Below, in pieces: positions 9,787 through 19,588 of a DNA stretch of 64,000 nt. Below the pieces are notes generated by a model, which had not been told where the DNA came from, did no database searches, and saw only the letters and a program-made list of their open reading frames with translations. Source of the DNA: Candidatus Poribacteria bacterium (lineage in GTDB: Bacteria > Poribacteria > WGA-4E > WGA-3G); contig CAXXLX010000001.1 in the NCBI GenBank assembly GCA_963665235.2, forward strand, positions 2,880,001 through 2,944,000, given 5' to 3'. The position numbers and the translations under genes are program-made. The first letter of the stretch is position 1, and each line of letters opens with the position of its first letter.

Positions 9787-9815
9787 ATTATACGCAGTTT
9801 CACAAGAAAATTCAA
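9787..9815 (-). promoter_or_regulatory. Sigma70-like promoter for the ATPase-PIN-ligase-res unit
   Basis: Minus strand TTGAAT-N17-TATAAT, followed by GGAGG before ATG 9769. Confidence 0.65.
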
Positions 9816-9922
9816 GGAATATCCCCGATTCGGGTATGTAAAGTTTCTGTACAAGTTAATCTATTGATGTTTAAAACGGCCTGCTCGGACAGTGTGACTC
9901 ATTGCCCATCAGAGCGGTGCTC

Positions 9923-10181
9923 GTAGTAGGGGAACCATTTATTGCCCGTTCTTTCTTAGCTGGTAGTAGGGCAATTTATTGCCCGTTAATCCCGTTGCTG
10001 CATCTTAAACCTCCAACGGGTGATAAATCACCCTACTACAAACGCATCCACTCCTAAGCTGACCGTTCTTAGCTGGTAGTAGGGGCCCCTTTATTACCCA
10101 GCGAAACCCTATTTCTAGCAGCGAAACGCATCGCACATCACAACCCTAGACAACACGACGGGCGATAAATCGCCCTACTAC
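9923..10181. repeat. Cluster of GTAG-type REP palindromes in alternating orientation (BIME/REPIN-like)
   Basis: GTAGTAGGGCAATTTATTGCCC-like copies and inverted GGGCGATAAATCGCCCTACTAC copies; about 5 units. Confidence 0.75.
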
Positions 10182-10216
10182 AAATGAGTGTACGAAAATT
10201 TTACGTACCCCCCGAT

Positions 10217-12918
10217 TCAGACAGCATACTCCTTCATCACCTCATCACCGAAATGATTGATAACCTTCACCGCAATTTTACCAGACTCAGGCTTCGCAAA
10301 CGGCAGACTCTCTGTCCGATACAGAGCCTCCCACGCCTCCTCATTAATTTCGGAATTCAACGCTCGCTTGAGCTGCTTATACGGCTCCCCTTCACCTGTG
10401 AAATATGCATGCCGCACAAAAAACGCCTCACCGTTATAGGCAGTGTCAATAAACCAACATGCAATATCGTCGGGATTATTAGAGCGGGTTAACCCTTTCT
10501 TCGCATCGTAGACATCCACGCCTAAGAGTTTCACAGAGACCGTGTCATCTTTAGAATACCTTATCTCCACATCCGGCTCCCCGAACACCATAAACAGATT
10601 TCCTTCACCTGTGTTATCAAGTTCGCGGACCATCAGTTCAGGGCTCATCTTGACAGGCAGAATCTGGAGGCTGCCCATGTGTGTGTTCTCACCCGCGGTG
10701 TATCCCTCAAAAGCGAACCCCATGACAATGAGCAGATCAAATTTGGGAACTCGGCGCACCGCTTCCTTCGCGGCTGTCTCTATCCATTGCCGGCCCACCG
10801 TCCCATACTCCGGGCCAATACTTATAGCGATGCTCTGTGCGTTACCCTGCTCATCGGTATGGATACCCTCCGCGTGTAACCACTCACCGGGGAGAGATTC
10901 CAACCACTCGAAAGTGATACGCTGCTTCTTGAGACGATTTTGCACCCCTCCCGTTTTCAAATGCTCCAAAATATGCTTAATGTAATCTTGCGAATTCTCG
11001 GAGGAGACAGGTGTTGGTGTGTCCCCCTCGGTGTCCGGAGCCTCCGGGACAAGATGCGGCGATAGACTCTCCACAGTAAAAGGACCAGTGACACGTACCC
11101 GTTTGCTGTCTCGATATGGCTCATCGTAAAGTACCACATTTTTGGCGCGGCGGGCAGTAGAAGCATCCATCTCGCGTTGCCGCTCGCGTTTGAGGGATAC
11201 CCACTGGCGATGTAGTTTCTGGAATTCTGAATCCCATTTCGGATCGGTTTCGGTTGGCACTTCCCACTCTTTCCAATATGTAATATCCCCCCCCTTCTTT
11301 TTTCACAGGTGTTAATTATTTTGAGAAGGGGGTCTAATTTTTCAGCATATTCGGCATGAATATCGTCAATCTCCGTGTTATTTGCTATGTCTGATAGACT
11401 CAGGTGTGGTACCGACTTATAGACAAAACCGCGCTTGATGTCGTCTGCCTCTTCAAGACGATAATAGGGATATTTACCAGCCATGAGGCGGGTACGTGCC
11501 AGTGCTGATGCGACGCGAGACGTGTCTATTGTTATCCACCGTCTTCCCCACTGTTCTGCAACGTAAACCGTGGTGCCACTGCCACATGTCGGATCTAGCA
11601 CCAAATCGCCGGGATCTGTCGTCATCAATATGCATCGTTGAACGACTTTAGGATTCGTTTCTACAACATACATTCTTCCAGACCGAGATCCTCCCGCAGT
11701 GTCAGTCCATAAGTTCGTAACGGCAAGCCCTGGAAAATCACCAGCATATCGTATATAGCACAATGTCTTTCCTAATGGAAGAAGCCTACCTTGTTTCGCT
11801 AGGCGATTTAGCCCTTCGTGACTTGCAGCCCATCCCCGATCTCCAGAGGGCACATAGGTTTTACCTTCAAATTTATACGCATAATTAGAACTCCCACCGG
11901 TCTGTGATGAGACTGAATAATCTGCAAATCTCCGACTTCCTTCAGGAAGAAGCGAAGGGTTTTCTCTCTCTCCCTTCGTCATTCTCCGACGTGTTTTATT
12001 CGGTAATTCAACGTTATAATAACGCTTTAAAAGCGGGTCGGCTGTCCGTTCATTACGCTCCATATAGAGTTGATTATACTTCATTTGATTCTTATCTTTT
12101 GCGTACCATAAGAGATAATCTGATGTTGATGCTAACTCTGTCGAAGAAGTCATATTGGTACGAACCCACGTGATTGTGGAAACAAAATTGGTATCCCCAA
12201 AAACCTCATCTAATAAACACCGGACGCGATGAACGTTCTCATCGCTAATCTGAACGAAAATGCTGCCGCTCTCCGTGAGCAATTCACGCGCAACGGTCAG
12301 CCGGTCGCGCAGGTAAGTGAGATAGGAATGGATACCGAGTTCCCACGTATCACGGAAGGCTTTTACCTGTTCCGGTTGTGGCGTAACATCTTCTGTTTTG
12401 GTATCGCTGACCTCGCGCTTTCGGGTGCTGACCTGCCAATTGCTCCTAAAACTAATTCCGTAAGGCGGGTCGAAATAGATCATTTGCACCTGTCCCTTGA
12501 GATGCTCCTTTTCGGCGAGGGAGTTCATCACAGCAAGCGAATCGCCTGAGATAAAGCGGTTATGCCAATTCTGTTCGTGTTGATAGAACTCAATTTTCTG
12601 GGCAAGCTCGAGTGTCTCAAACCGGTCAAAGAGACTTAAATCCTGCTCCGATTCCCGCTGTTCATGTGCGCGAATTGCCTCAATAATGGCTTGCGGTTGG
12701 ATATGCTCATGAATGTAGATAGGGACACTTTGCACCTCAAGGTCGTTATCGTTTTGCTGGTCTTTACCTTTCCAAACCAATTGCGGGTCAAGGGCAATAT
12801 CGCGCGGATACCGTGTCGGTGCAAGCTCACCGTTTTCGGCAAAACCGCTCAGTTCTTGAGTTGGGTTATTAGGCAATTTGTCGGTGTGTTCGTAATGGTT
12901 AACCGGTTTTTTAGCCAT
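10217..12918 (-). CDS. mod: Type III RM adenine methyltransferase Mod, split by a frameshift at a G8 tract (11287-11294)
   Basis: DPPY and DPTCGSGTT motifs in ORF 10957-12918; C-terminal part (GPFTVESLSP...KIAVKVINHFGDEVMK) in ORF 10217-11260; one extra base at the G8 or A6 run joins them into ~900 aa. Confidence 0.85.
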
Positions 12919-12989
12919 AAATGGGTCTCCGCTCTTTTAATTGACATTATGCCGATTTATCTGATTAAATCATTATAATGTCTAGTGTT

Positions 12990-13250
12990 TTACGTCAGTG
13001 CTATTCTCTCTTCGGTTTCTTCCAAAACCTGTTGGAAGTCTTCAGGCGTGTTCGCCAAAATCGCAGCGCGGAGCAATGCTTGGAGCTGCTGCGGGTCGTC
13101 TATCTGTTCCAACGCAGGTTTAAAGCGAAGCGCATCATCGGACCGCAAGCGAAGGGTTAGTACCTCAAAGACGCTTCGCTGTAAGGCCTCCTGTCGCGCT
13201 TCCGCTGCGGCTTTCTCTGTTAGGTGTCGGATAATATCTAATTCGTACAT
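12990..13250 (-). CDS. Stand-alone copy of the Rpn C-terminal small protein (RpnS-like), 86 aa
   Basis: Near-identical to the last 85 aa of the upstream Rpn; has its own GGAGG-N5-ATG. Confidence 0.75.
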   Translation of the reverse strand: MYELDIIRHLTEKAAAEARQEALQRSVFEVLTLRLRSDDALRFKPALEQIDDPQQLQALLRAAILANTPEDFQQVLEETEERIALT

Positions 13251-13370
13251 CGTCTCCTCCGATATAATTTCAAAACCGGATTCAACCTATAAACCGAGTT
13301 GTCGCATCTATATCCGGGAGACGCTGCATCAACGGCACGGTTCCGGATTTTCTGAAATAGGGAGTGCCAT

Positions 13371-14258
13371 TTACGCCTCGGTTTCTTCCAAAACCTGCTG
13401 GAAGTCTTCAGGCGTGTTCGCCAAAATCGCAGCACGGTGCAATGCTTGGAGCTGCTGCGGGTCGTCTATCTGTTCCAACGCAGGTTTAAAGCGAAGCGCA
13501 TCATCGGACCGCAAGCGAAGGGTTAGTGCCTCAAAGATGCTTTGCTGTAAGCCTTGCTGTAAGCCTTGCTGTCGTGCTTCCGCTGCCGCTTTCTCTGTTA
13601 GGTGTCGGATAATATCTAATTCGTACATCGTTTCCTCCTTTACAATAGCTAAAATCATCTCCATATCATAAACTAAATTGCCTAAAATAGCCATGCTCCC
13701 AATATATTCAGATGGTTCCGGTACATCTGCGCGCGCTGCTGCTTGAACACACCGCCGAAACCACGCCTCCGCATCTACACCCGCAGGACGCTCCATCAAC
13801 GGCGTAAAAGGAAGCAACCCAACCGCATTCGAATCCAAAACTGCCTGACCATCCATATCTATCAACCGAACAACCTTATACTCTATCAAAATACGGTGAT
13901 CCGCTAAATCTTGTGTGAAACGTCCCGGGTCATTTTTACCCGCATCCGGGCGAATATAGATGACATAAGAATACACAAGCAACCCATATTTCTCAGCTAT
14001 CCGCATGATGTACCCCCCCATTCTTACAGGCATGGGCGGGTCATAGCTGTCTGTGGTTTGGAACTCAATATGCAACAACGCTTCTTTGCCATCAACTTCC
14101 ATTTTGATAAGCACGTCTGCCTGATGCATCTCAATCGTTGGTTGTTCAGGCGTGATAATTTCTAGCACAGTGAAATCTTTGTCGCCTATACAAAGGTTTG
14201 CAAAATCATCAGGGTGTTCCTGAACATAATCTTTAGAAATAGTGTCAACTACTGCCAC
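13371..14258 (-). CDS. Rpn family (PD-(D/E)XK, Transposase_31-like) nuclease, 295 aa
   Basis: GTG start after AAGGAG; QADVL..LHIEFQT, MPVRM..Y, LLPFTPLM, QQGL repeats; internal AAGGAGG-N5-ATG at 13628. Confidence 0.8.
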   Translation of the reverse strand: MAVVDTISKDYVQEHPDDFANLCIGDKDFTVLEIITPEQPTIEMHQADVLIKMEVDGKEALLHIEFQTTDSYDPPMPVRMGGYIMRIAEKYGLLVYSYVIYIRPDAGKNDPGRFTQDLADHRILIEYKVVRLIDMDGQAVLDSNAVGLLPFTPLMERPAGVDAEAWFRRCVQAAARADVPEPSEYIGSMAILGNLVYDMEMILAIVKEETMYELDIIRHLTEKAAAEARQQGLQQGLQQSIFEALTLRLRSDDALRFKPALEQIDDPQQLQALHRAAILANTPEDFQQVLEETEA

Positions 14259-14301
14259 TTTATCTCCTTTCGCCAATATGGCGTTGCTCATTTTAAAATT
14301 A

Positions 14302-14472
14302 ACGTGAGCTTGATAATAAATATCCGTTTGCACTAACCTCTATAAATATATCGTCCCTACGGGACTAAGAGACCGAGCAGAAACGGCTTCTATAAATATA
14401 TCGTCCCTACGGGACTAAGAGGTGTGAGCGGTCTGTGTTTCTATAAACATACCGCCCCTACGAGGCTAAGAG
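14302..14472. repeat. MITE-like end (family A) followed by three REP-like units CTATAAA.ATATCGTCCCTACGGGACTAAGAG
   Basis: 14301-14346 matches 19588-19626 and the reverse complement of 38901-38945; units at 14340, 14390 and 14441. Confidence 0.7.
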
Positions 14473-14520
14473 CGTGTGCGTTCTGTGCTGCTTAGGCAAA
14501 GCTTTGATTGTTACGCCTCT

Positions 14521-14570
14521 TAAAATCCGCGAAATCCGGGTAATCCGCGATAATCCGCGATTCAGACAAC
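14521..14570. repeat. Dispersed repeat (AATCCGCG-like units plus ATTCAGACAAC); other copies at 38981-39029 and 50280-50311
   Basis: Direct sequence comparison; the other two copies are reverse complements. Confidence 0.65.
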
Positions 14571-14578
14571 GCAACCCA

Positions 14579-15766
14579 CTAACCCGCAGCAGGTGCGAAC
14601 GTTTCGGGATTTTCAGCAGCTGCATCGTAATCCTCAATGAGTTTTGTAATCATCGGGTTCTGTCCACAAAGCGGACAACTTTCATCTCGATTGATTTTCA
14701 TTTCGCGATAGGTCATACCGAGTGCTTCGTAAAGGATAAGCCTACCGATAAGCGATTCGCCAATACCGATAATGTACTTAATCGCTTCAGTTGCCATCAT
14801 TACGCCAATTACGCCTGGGAGCACGCCCAGGACACCAGCCTCACTTCAGCTCGGCACCAGACCGGGCGGAGGCGGTGTGGGGTACATGCATCGATAGCAC
14901 GGCCCCTCATTCGGTTTAAAGAGCGTGACCTGCCCCTCAAATTGAAAAATACTGCCGTGAACGATCGGTTTATTCATCAGTACTGCAGCGTCGTTAACGA
15001 GATAACGTGTCGCAAAATTATCGCATCCATCCACAATCAGGTCATATTCAGCAAAGATGTCTTCAACGTTGTCAGCAGTCAAACGGAGATTATAGGGGGT
15101 AATTTCAACGTCTGGGTTAAGCGACTTAATCGTAGTTGTAGCGGATTGAACCTTCGGGGTGCCGACCGCTTCGGTACGATGGAGAATCTGCCGTTGCAGG
15201 TTGCTTAATTCTACAACATCCGAATCGATAATCCCGAGGTGTCCGACCCCGGCGGCACCGAGGTAAACGCCAGCAGGTGAGCCCAAGCCGCCTGCCCCGA
15301 CAAGCAAAATCTTCGCATCGAGCAGTTTTGATTGTCCGCGCTCGCCAACCTCCGTGAGCATAAAGTGTCGACTGTAGCGGTCGAGCTGCTCATGCGTCAT
15401 AGGTTTATCTTGTGCGGTTGGAAAACCGGCTGTACTCCAATCACGGTACCCGCCAACCATAGAGACCGTGTCCGTGTATCCCATTTCGCGAAGGGATTTT
15501 GCAGCGAGCAGCGAGCGAAGCCCAGCAGCACAATAGACGACAACCTTTTGATTCCGGTCGGGGATATAGTTTTCAACCGAAAATTCCAGCATACCGCGTG
15601 TGACGTGGACAGCATCTGGGATATAACCAGCACGATATTCATCCTCATCGCGGACATCCAACAGCACGAAGTCGCTGCCTTTCTCCTGTTCTTCCTTCAC
15701 GTCATCGATAGTCATCTCCGGAATTTCCGTTTTTGCTTCCTCAACGATTTGTCTATAAGATTTCAT
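14579..15766 (-). CDS. moeB: Rhodanese-MoeB/ThiF fusion (MoeZ-like E1 enzyme), probable selenoprotein, 395 aa
   Basis: Rhodanese YCAAGLRS; RYSRH, GAGGLG, SNLQRQ, CYRC and CPLC; in-frame TGA at 14846-14848 in PPPGLVPS-U-SEAGVLG joins ORFs 14846-15994 and 14579-14824. Confidence 0.85.
14814..14831 (-). promoter_or_regulatory. Putative bacterial SECIS hairpin (moeB)
   Basis: CCTGGG-CGTGCT-CCCAGG starting 15 nt after UGA; GU at +22/+23. Confidence 0.6.
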
Positions 15767-15836
15767 AATATATTCTCCAATTTTTCGAGATGGATTGCAT
15801 AAGATTTCGGGAATTTTTTTCAAATTTCTGAAAAAA

Positions 15837-15865
15837 ATTGTAGCATAAGAGGGTATTTTTGTCAA
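15837..15865 (-). promoter_or_regulatory. Sigma70-like promoter of moeB; a divergent promoter lies at 15896-15925
   Basis: TTGACA-N17-TACAAT on the minus strand; TTGACA-N18-TAAAAT on the plus strand. Confidence 0.6.
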
Positions 15866-16009
15866 TGCCGTTTTTTGCGGACGACAGATAATAGGTTGAC
15901 AAAATGCTTTTAAATACGTTAAAATAAAATAATAGGTGTGCTGCGAAAAAATGCAAATCTGCATAGCAGCCTCTCCGAAATCAGTATCACACACAATAAG
16001 GAGTTAGCA

Positions 16010-16885
16010 ATGGTTAATATAAATCCCTTTCAGCAACCGGGAAAATGGTATCGTGGAAACACGCATAGTCATAGTACCGAATCCGATGGCAAACTCACAA
16101 TGGCAGAGCGGTTCGCCGCTTACCGTGAAGAGGGTTACGATTTTCTTGTCCTGACCGACCATCGAAAAGTCAACAACGTAGACGCTTACAGCACCCCCGA
16201 TTTTTTAGCAATATCCGGCAGTGAGGTGCATCCATCAAATCCCTATGGGGGCCCGATTTATCATATCGTGGCAATTAATATACAGGAAGCACTCAATTGT
16301 GCCAAGATGCACCCAAATGCTGTGATTGATGCCATCAAGGAACAAGGGGGGGAAGCCGTTCTGTGTCATCCCTATTGGTGCGGCCATACTATTTTAGATT
16401 ATTTGCCGTTGAAGGGCTATTTTGCCGTTGAAGTTTACAATGACACCTGTATGGGCATCGGCAAAGGGTTTTCAGAACAGGCGTGGGATGACCTCCTTGA
16501 CAAAGCCGGCCCCGTGTTCGGTATCGCTTCCGACGATTCGCACGGCACAGAACACGACTGCTTCCACGGCTGGATTATGGTTAAGGCACAAGAACTGACA
16601 CTTGCGGGCATTATGGAAGCACTTCGGACAGGTGCCTTCTATTCAACGCTTGGCCCCGAAATTGAGGATATAGATATCGTTGATAACGAGATGACCGTTA
16701 AATGTTCCCCAGCGCAATCTATTGTTTTTAAAGGGGCACAGAGTCGCGGCAGGCGAGTCCTCCCCCCGAGCGGTGAACTGCTTCATGAGGCAACGTATAC
16801 TATCCCGAACGGCGTAAAATACGTTCGGATCGAAATAACGGATGAGACCGGTAAAAAAGCTTGGTCAAATCCGTTTTTCTTCTGA
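16010..16885 (+). CDS. PHP-domain (CehA/McbA-like) metallohydrolase
   Basis: GNTHSHSTESDG, LTDH, CHPYW, SDDSH; AAGGAG before ATG 16010. Confidence 0.85.
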   Translation: MVNINPFQQPGKWYRGNTHSHSTESDGKLTMAERFAAYREEGYDFLVLTDHRKVNNVDAYSTPDFLAISGSEVHPSNPYGGPIYHIVAINIQEALNCAKMHPNAVIDAIKEQGGEAVLCHPYWCGHTILDYLPLKGYFAVEVYNDTCMGIGKGFSEQAWDDLLDKAGPVFGIASDDSHGTEHDCFHGWIMVKAQELTLAGIMEALRTGAFYSTLGPEIEDIDIVDNEMTVKCSPAQSIVFKGAQSRGRRVLPPSGELLHEATYTIPNGVKYVRIEITDETGKKAWSNPFFF

Positions 16886-17913
16886 TGCAAAGAATACTCG
16901 TGTGCCAAACGGGTGGCTGGATAGGCGATATGGTGCTGCTTACGCCAGCATTGCGTGCACTCAAGGACGCATATCCTGATGCGTACCTGATGCTACTCCT
17001 GCGCCCGCGTGTGGTGGAGCTTATGAAAACCCACCCTTGGGTTGATGCCTGCTTGGTTGACACAAAAGCCGTGGGTAAATTCCGGTCGCTCGCGAGATTA
17101 GTAAGGCAGATTCGGGAACAGAGGTTTGATATGGCCGTCGTGTTGCATCCAACTTCGTTCCGAAATGCGTTGCTGCCGTATTTAGCGCGAGTACCGGTGC
17201 GTGTGGGGTCTAATGTCGGTGGGCGCGGTATTTTGCTAACCGCCACCTGTGCGAATAGTACTGATGTGCATGAGGTGCCTCGATATCTGCAGGTACTTCA
17301 GTTGCTTGGCATTATGGAAGCCTCCCCGGAGTTAGCGTTTTGGCATACGGATGCGGATAGGCAAGCGGTTCATCACCTTCTACAATCGGAAGGAATTTCG
17401 CCGCAGGAACGGCTTATCGGAATTAATTTAGGGACAACTTGGGAAACAAAACGGTGGGCCGTTGAAAATTTTGCAACCGTTATTCAGCATATTGCTCGCG
17501 TACATACCGATGCTAAAATCATCTTAACGGGCGCATCAACGGAGCAGGAACTTGCAAAAGCTTTGCCCGATTCAGCGGCGACGATTAATATTGTGGGAAA
17601 AACCACACTTCTACAACTCGGCGCGCTCCTAGAACGGATTGAGGTTTACCTGACGTGTGATAGCGGCCCGATGCATATTGCAGCGGCAGTCGGTACCCCG
17701 ACAGTGTCCCTATTTGGGCCGACGAGTCCGACGCGGCATCGCCCTTACGGGAGTGGGCATGTTCTGATAGAAAAACCTGTGTCATGTCGTCCCTGTTATA
17801 AACAGATTTGTCATCGCCGAGATACCCCACATCTCTGTATGGCAGAAATTAACCCAACCGAAGTTATGACAGTGTTGGACACGTTTTTTAATTCAGGACT
17901 TACGCAAATTTAG
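16885..17913 (+). CDS. waaF: LPS heptosyltransferase II (GT9)
   Basis: WIGDMVL, KRW, DSGPMHIAAAVG, LFGPT, CRPC. Confidence 0.85.
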   Translation: MQRILVCQTGGWIGDMVLLTPALRALKDAYPDAYLMLLLRPRVVELMKTHPWVDACLVDTKAVGKFRSLARLVRQIREQRFDMAVVLHPTSFRNALLPYLARVPVRVGSNVGGRGILLTATCANSTDVHEVPRYLQVLQLLGIMEASPELAFWHTDADRQAVHHLLQSEGISPQERLIGINLGTTWETKRWAVENFATVIQHIARVHTDAKIILTGASTEQELAKALPDSAATINIVGKTTLLQLGALLERIEVYLTCDSGPMHIAAAVGTPTVSLFGPTSPTRHRPYGSGHVLIEKPVSCRPCYKQICHRRDTPHLCMAEINPTEVMTVLDTFFNSGLTQI

Positions 17914-17925
17914 CACATGGCATCG

Positions 17926-17948
17926 TAGGGGCGAGGTCCCCTCGCCCT
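17926..17948. repeat. GTAG-type REP (GTAGGGGCGAGGTCCCCTCGCCC); relatives at ~45255, 50378-50443 and 57366
   Basis: GTAG followed by a GC-rich palindrome downstream of genes. Confidence 0.7.
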
Positions 17949-17992
17949 CTAAACTACATCGGCATAATGTCTATTGAAAGGGAACAGTAAAA

Positions 17993-18742
17993 ATGAAAGG
18001 TATCCGCGCATTAGTATTTGATTTCGGCGGAACTTTAGATGGAAACGGTATCCATTGGTTAGAACGAACGTATCAGTTTATTCACGAACGGCATCCGGAA
18101 ATTACCCGTGAGGCGTTTGACAAAGCCGACAGAGCAGCGGTAACAGAATTCGCATTAGGGAGTTCATCTGCCGAGGGGGTTCGCCAGGAGGGTTCAATGC
18201 TGCCGGTGGGGGTTTCTGCCAACAGTGCTGCTGCACGTTGTACGTTGCAAGAAACCGCGGCTGCGATTGCCTCGGGAATTTATCGGCGGCTTGGCTTGAG
18301 TGAACAATTGCGGGACGAGTACGTGGAATGGTTCTGCCGGGATGTTGCGGCAAACTTGGAGGCGAATCGCCAATGGCTTGAAACACTTCACGGCACCTAT
18401 AAACTTGCTGTCATTAGCAATAACTTCGGGAACACCCGTGGCTGGTGTGATGAATACGAGCTTTCACCTCTGTTTGAAGTCATTATAGATTCCACAGTTG
18501 TTGGCGTGGCGAAACCGGATGCCCGTATCTTTGAAATTGCACTAGCGGAACTAGACGTGTTGCCTGCAGAAGCTGTCTACATCGGGGATAGCTACGTACC
18601 GGATATGAAGGGGGCCAAAGGGGCAGGCATGTGGACTGCTTGGCTTGTCGGGAGTCAGACGAAAACCTGTCCCGATATATCGGTGGTGGATTTACAGCTA
18701 ACACACCTGCATGATTTGACCAATTTTATAGAGCTGCAATGA
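17993..18742 (+). CDS. HAD-superfamily hydrolase
   Basis: FDFGGTL, ISN, KPD, YIGDS..PD motifs. Confidence 0.85.
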   Translation: MKGIRALVFDFGGTLDGNGIHWLERTYQFIHERHPEITREAFDKADRAAVTEFALGSSSAEGVRQEGSMLPVGVSANSAAARCTLQETAAAIASGIYRRLGLSEQLRDEYVEWFCRDVAANLEANRQWLETLHGTYKLAVISNNFGNTRGWCDEYELSPLFEVIIDSTVVGVAKPDARIFEIALAELDVLPAEAVYIGDSYVPDMKGAKGAGMWTAWLVGSQTKTCPDISVVDLQLTHLHDLTNFIELQ

Positions 18743-18792
18743 AGAGGGACCGAGCCGTAACGACCCGACTTCTACCAGAAGCTGGGAATGCT

Positions 18793-19470
18793 TTACATTT
18801 CACGGTGAAGGCCAATGACCTTTCCGATTATTGACACATTTTCAGCCGCCACTACACTCGGTTTAACATCAGGATTTTCGGGCTGCAATCGGATTTTGTC
18901 ACCTTCAAGAAATAAACGTCTAACCGTTGCTTCGTCTTCAATCAACGCGACGACAATGTCCCCGGAGTCAACGTTTGACTCGGCACTAACGATTACAAAA
19001 TCACCTTCAAGTATGCCTGCCCCTACCATGCTTGACCCGATAATCCGCAACGCGAAGCACACATCGTCTTTTGTGAGGTGCGTCGGGACCGGAAGTGTCC
19101 CCTCTATATTCTCGTAAGCGATAAGGGGTGTACCCGCAGGTACCCGCCCGTAAACCGGAATCTCTACAATAGTGCGCTGATTTTCACCCATTGCCTCTTG
19201 CAAGACAGAATACGCTTCTTTTGAACGGAGCGCATCGGCAACCTTAACAGATGGGGGAGCCCCTACCTTAATTTTAATCGCGCGGGGTTTGCCCTCTTCA
19301 CGGGTGATATATCCTTTTTTTGCTAGAGCATTGAGATGGTCGTGTGCCGCCTTCTCTGAAAAATCGAACTTGTTGCCGATTTCACGAACCGTCGGCGGAA
19401 AACCATCTTGCACGCATTCCTGGACGTAATTGAAAATCTCTGTTTGTCTCGGGGTTAAACCCTTTGCCAT
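18793..19470 (-). CDS. lexA: LexA-family repressor (catalytic Lys replaced by Arg)
   Basis: wHTH PPTVREIG, cleavage site VPAG, Ser nucleophile GSSM, EATVRR. Confidence 0.85.
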   Translation of the reverse strand: MAKGLTPRQTEIFNYVQECVQDGFPPTVREIGNKFDFSEKAAHDHLNALAKKGYITREEGKPRAIKIKVGAPPSVKVADALRSKEAYSVLQEAMGENQRTIVEIPVYGRVPAGTPLIAYENIEGTLPVPTHLTKDDVCFALRIIGSSMVGAGILEGDFVIVSAESNVDSGDIVVALIEDEATVRRLFLEGDKIRLQPENPDVKPSVVAAENVSIIGKVIGLHREM

Positions 19471-19588
19471 AACGTTATCCTCCTAATTGAATCACATAGA
19501 TAACAGCATTACTCTTAATATCAATATAATGCTATTAATCTTATTATACTATACGGGAGTTAATAAAGCAAGGAAAAATTTTAAAATA

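Noticed and set aside
12985-13671. 228-aa plus-strand ORF with an internal duplication
   Set aside because: Antisense shadow of the Rpn C-terminal duplication
14340-14472. Mini CRISPR array (three repeats with different ~18-bp spacers)
   Set aside because: Same repeat family as the 38-kb array, attached to a MITE end, and spacers are too short
14579-14848. moeB as a nonsense pseudogene, or genome-wide UGA recoding
   Set aside because: The TGA is at the conserved Cys and has a hairpin; many other genes here end normally in TGA, so general reassignment is unlikely
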